NCBI GenBank assembly: GCA_963665095.1
Contig: OY762069.1
Coordinates: 1,984,001-2,048,000, forward strand
Source: an uncultured Desulfobacter sp.
GTDB lineage: Bacteria; Desulfobacterota; Desulfobacteria; Desulfobacterales; Desulfobacteraceae
Reading direction: 5' to 3'
DNA length: 64,000 nt
The translations under genes were made by a program, and so were the position numbers. The notes beneath the pieces were generated by a model. The model had not been told where the DNA came from and searched no databases. It worked only from the letters and a program-made list of their open reading frames with translations. Of this stretch, positions 62,131 to 64,000 are shown in pieces (position 1 is the first letter of the stretch; every line of letters begins with the position of its first letter).

Positions 62131-62949
62131 TTACATGGTTAAAAATGGATCTTTTTCTCTGGTAAAGGCTACCAGCTCTATATCATAGCCCCTGACACTG
62201 CATTGTGTTTCAAGACGGCGCTTCAAAAGATCAATGGCAATATGTTCAGATGGGAAATGGCCTACATCTACTGCAGTTTTACCTGCCGCCTCAATATCCC
62301 TGGCCTCATGGTATTTCAGATCTCCGGTAATATATACATCAAGACCGGTTTCCAAAAACTGCGGGGTCAAAGAGCCGCCGGAACCTGAACATATGACTGC
62401 CGTTTTAACAACAGCATCCGGGGAACCAATTGTCCGCACCAGGGGAATATTTAAATTTTGTTTAATCCTGCCGGCCAATTGTCTCAAACTTAGAGGAGTA
62501 TCAAGGTTTCCCACTCGACCAAGGCCCTGAATTGAATCAACAACTGCTCCGGATGCATCCGTATCTGTATAAAATGGTCTGCTACATGCAACATGAAGCT
62601 TTTGGGCCAAATAATCATTCAGGCCACCTGTTGCTTTATCCAGGCTGGTATGGGCAGAGACCACGGACAATGTTGATCTGGCACAGGCCAGGATTACTGA
62701 CCCCGGCATCCGACTGAAATCAATTCGTTTTTCAGGTGACATAATCAGGGGGTGATGGGATATCAGCATATCACACCCTGTCTTTTCAGCCTCCGCAACA
62801 GCTTGAACTGTCACATCCAGAGTAATGAGAATCTTTGATACGATCCAATCAGGGTCACCCACCTGAAGTCCTGAGTTATCCCAGGATTCAGCAAGGGAAA
62901 AGGGAGCAATTTGATCAACAATATCAATTACCTGTTGTACACTGGGCAT
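62131..62949 (-). CDS. Nif3-like dinuclear metal center protein (YbgI/DUF34)
   Basis: AESWDNSGLQVG, SHHPL, AHTSLD, CSGSGG, TGDLKYH, GHFPSE. Confidence 0.93.
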   Translation of the reverse strand: MPSVQQVIDIVDQIAPFSLAESWDNSGLQVGDPDWIVSKILITLDVTVQAVAEAEKTGCDMLISHHPLIMSPEKRIDFSRMPGSVILACARSTLSVVSAHTSLDKATGGLNDYLAQKLHVACSRPFYTDTDASGAVVDSIQGLGRVGNLDTPLSLRQLAGRIKQNLNIPLVRTIGSPDAVVKTAVICSGSGGSLTPQFLETGLDVYITGDLKYHEARDIEAAGKTAVDVGHFPSEHIAIDLLKRRLETQCSVRGYDIELVAFTREKDPFLTM

Positions 62950-62973
62950 GATTCTTTCTTTGTGTCTTTAAAT

Positions 62974-63003
62974 AAAAAAAGCGTGGAGTACACTCCACGC
63001 TTT
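62974..63003 (-). terminator. Intrinsic terminator downstream of the tRNA(CAT)
   Basis: Minus strand AAAGCGTGGAG-TGTA-CTCCACGCTTT then T tract. Confidence 0.75.
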
Positions 63004-63128
63004 GAATTAAGGCTATTTCTGTATTGCTCTACAGGCATATTCATATATGACCTGACCATCCTTTATCTCTTCTTATCAATGCAACTACCGGCGATTCTTC
63101 TTGAGGGTTTTATCTGAAAAAACCCTTT

Positions 63129-63205
63129 TGGTGGGCCCACCTGGATTCGAACCAGGGACCGACCGGTTATGAGCCGGTGGCTCTGCCAAACTGAGCTATA
63201 GGCCC
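63129..63205 (-). tRNA. tRNA with CAT anticodon, most likely tRNA-Ile2 (lysidine) rather than Met
   Basis: GGGCCTATAGCTCAG...CCGGCT-CAT-AACCGG...GGTTCGAATCC...GGGCCCACCA. G1-C72 is paired, so it is not an initiator. GGGCC stem and position after rpoD favour Ile2. Confidence 0.9.
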
Positions 63206-63249
63206 GGAAAGCCGCTTTTACTTTCAGTATCGTGAAAGCAAATTTGCAA

Positions 63250-63278
63250 TTTATATAGTAACAGCTATTCAGTGTCAA
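63250..63278 (-). promoter_or_regulatory. Putative sigma70 promoter of the tRNA(CAT)
   Basis: Minus strand TTGACA-17 nt-TATAAA. Confidence 0.6.
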
Positions 63279-63281
63279 GCG

Positions 63282-64000
63282 TTAATTCTCAATAAAAGTT
63301 TTCAGCTTTTTGCTCCTTGTGGGATGACGGAGTTTGCGCAACGCTTTGGCTTCAATCTGCCTGATACGCTCTCGGGTCACAGTAAAATCCTTGCCCACCT
63401 CTTCAAGGGTATGGTCTGATTTTTCTCCAATGCCGAACCGCATCCTCAATACCTTCTCCTCCCTAGGTGTCAGGGTTGCCAGAATCTTACGTGTCTGCTC
63501 CGCAAGGCTTAGATCAATGGCCGCCTCCGAGGGAATGGAAAACTTTTTATCCTCAATAAAATCCCCAAGATGGCTGTCCTCCTCTTCACCAATGGGCGTC
63601 TCAAGGGAGATGGGTTCTTTGGCTATTTTAAGAACCCTTCTTACCTTCTCAATGGGGATTTCCATTTTTTCGGCAATTTCCTCAGGAGACGGCTCTTTAC
63701 CCATTTCCTGAACCAAATATCTGGAGGTCCGAATCAGCTTATTAATGGTCTCTATCATATGGACCGGAATACGAATGGTTCTGGCCTGATCTGCGATGGC
63801 CCGGGTGATAGCCTGACGAATCCACCAGGTGGCATAAGTGGAGAATTTGTATCCCCTGCGATACTCAAACTTATCCACAGCTTTCATCAAACCAATATTG
63901 CCTTCCTGAATCAGATCCAGAAATTGCAGCCCTCTGTTGGTATATTTCTTTGCGATACTCACCACAAGCCTTAAATTCGCCCTGACCAGTTCACGCTTGG
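63282..64000 (-). CDS. rpoD: RNA polymerase primary sigma factor RpoD (3' part; start beyond the window)
   Basis: [74 protein letters not shown]. Confidence 0.98.
   Translation of the reverse strand, partial: KRELVRANLRLVVSIAKKYTNRGLQFLDLIQEGNIGLMKAVDKFEYRRGYKFSTYATWWIRQAITRAIADQARTIRIPVHMIETINKLIRTSRYLVQEMGKEPSPEEIAEKMEIPIEKVRRVLKIAKEPISLETPIGEEEDSHLGDFIEDKKFSIPSEAAIDLSLAEQTRKILATLTPREEKVLRMRFGIGEKSDHTLEEVGKDFTVTRERIRQIEAKALRKLRHPTRSKKLKTFIEN

Overview
Core-chromosome segment of a sulfate-reducing Desulfobacteraceae-like bacterium. The taxonomy is inferred from gene content and order. The first ~4.9 kb is a nested pile of insertion sequences: an IS66 remnant, two diverged IS3 copies and an IS21 whose extra upstream ORF is cut by one IS3. 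It sits next to an attC-like site and two gene fragments. A minus-strand glycan operon follows (epimerase, WbpL/MraY-type transferase, PglF-, PglC- and PglE-like genes, acyltransferase, GT4), then an OmpA/LPP20/DacB envelope group. Housekeeping genes come next: folE2, ttcA, rpoZ, greA, psd, tsaB, lon, pilD, cheX, hup, sbcB, rpsI, rplM, ruvCAB, tolQRAB-pal-cpoB, groESL, hflKC, dciA, ispD and a partial rpoD. RNA genes are tRNA-Ser(GGA), tRNA(CAT; probably Ile2) and the RNase P RNA. Most interesting items: (1) a 572-aa protein with a MerR-like HTH, a coiled coil, 12 acidic DDLSxL repeats and a recombinase-like C-terminal HTH, a candidate chromosome or polar scaffold; (2) a prkA-yeaH-spoVR-prkA2 operon in which the second AAA+ ATPase and the zincin-like SpoVR each appear to lack a catalytic Glu; (3) a frameshift-split Csd6-like L,D-transpeptidase linked to a bactofilin; (4) a 436-aa HPr fusion; (5) a stand-alone cytoplasmic NrtA-type binding protein; (6) a 31-aa bS22-like gene missed by the ORF track; (7) a ~119-bp palindromic intergenic element. 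All family calls come from motif recognition by eye; no database searches were run.
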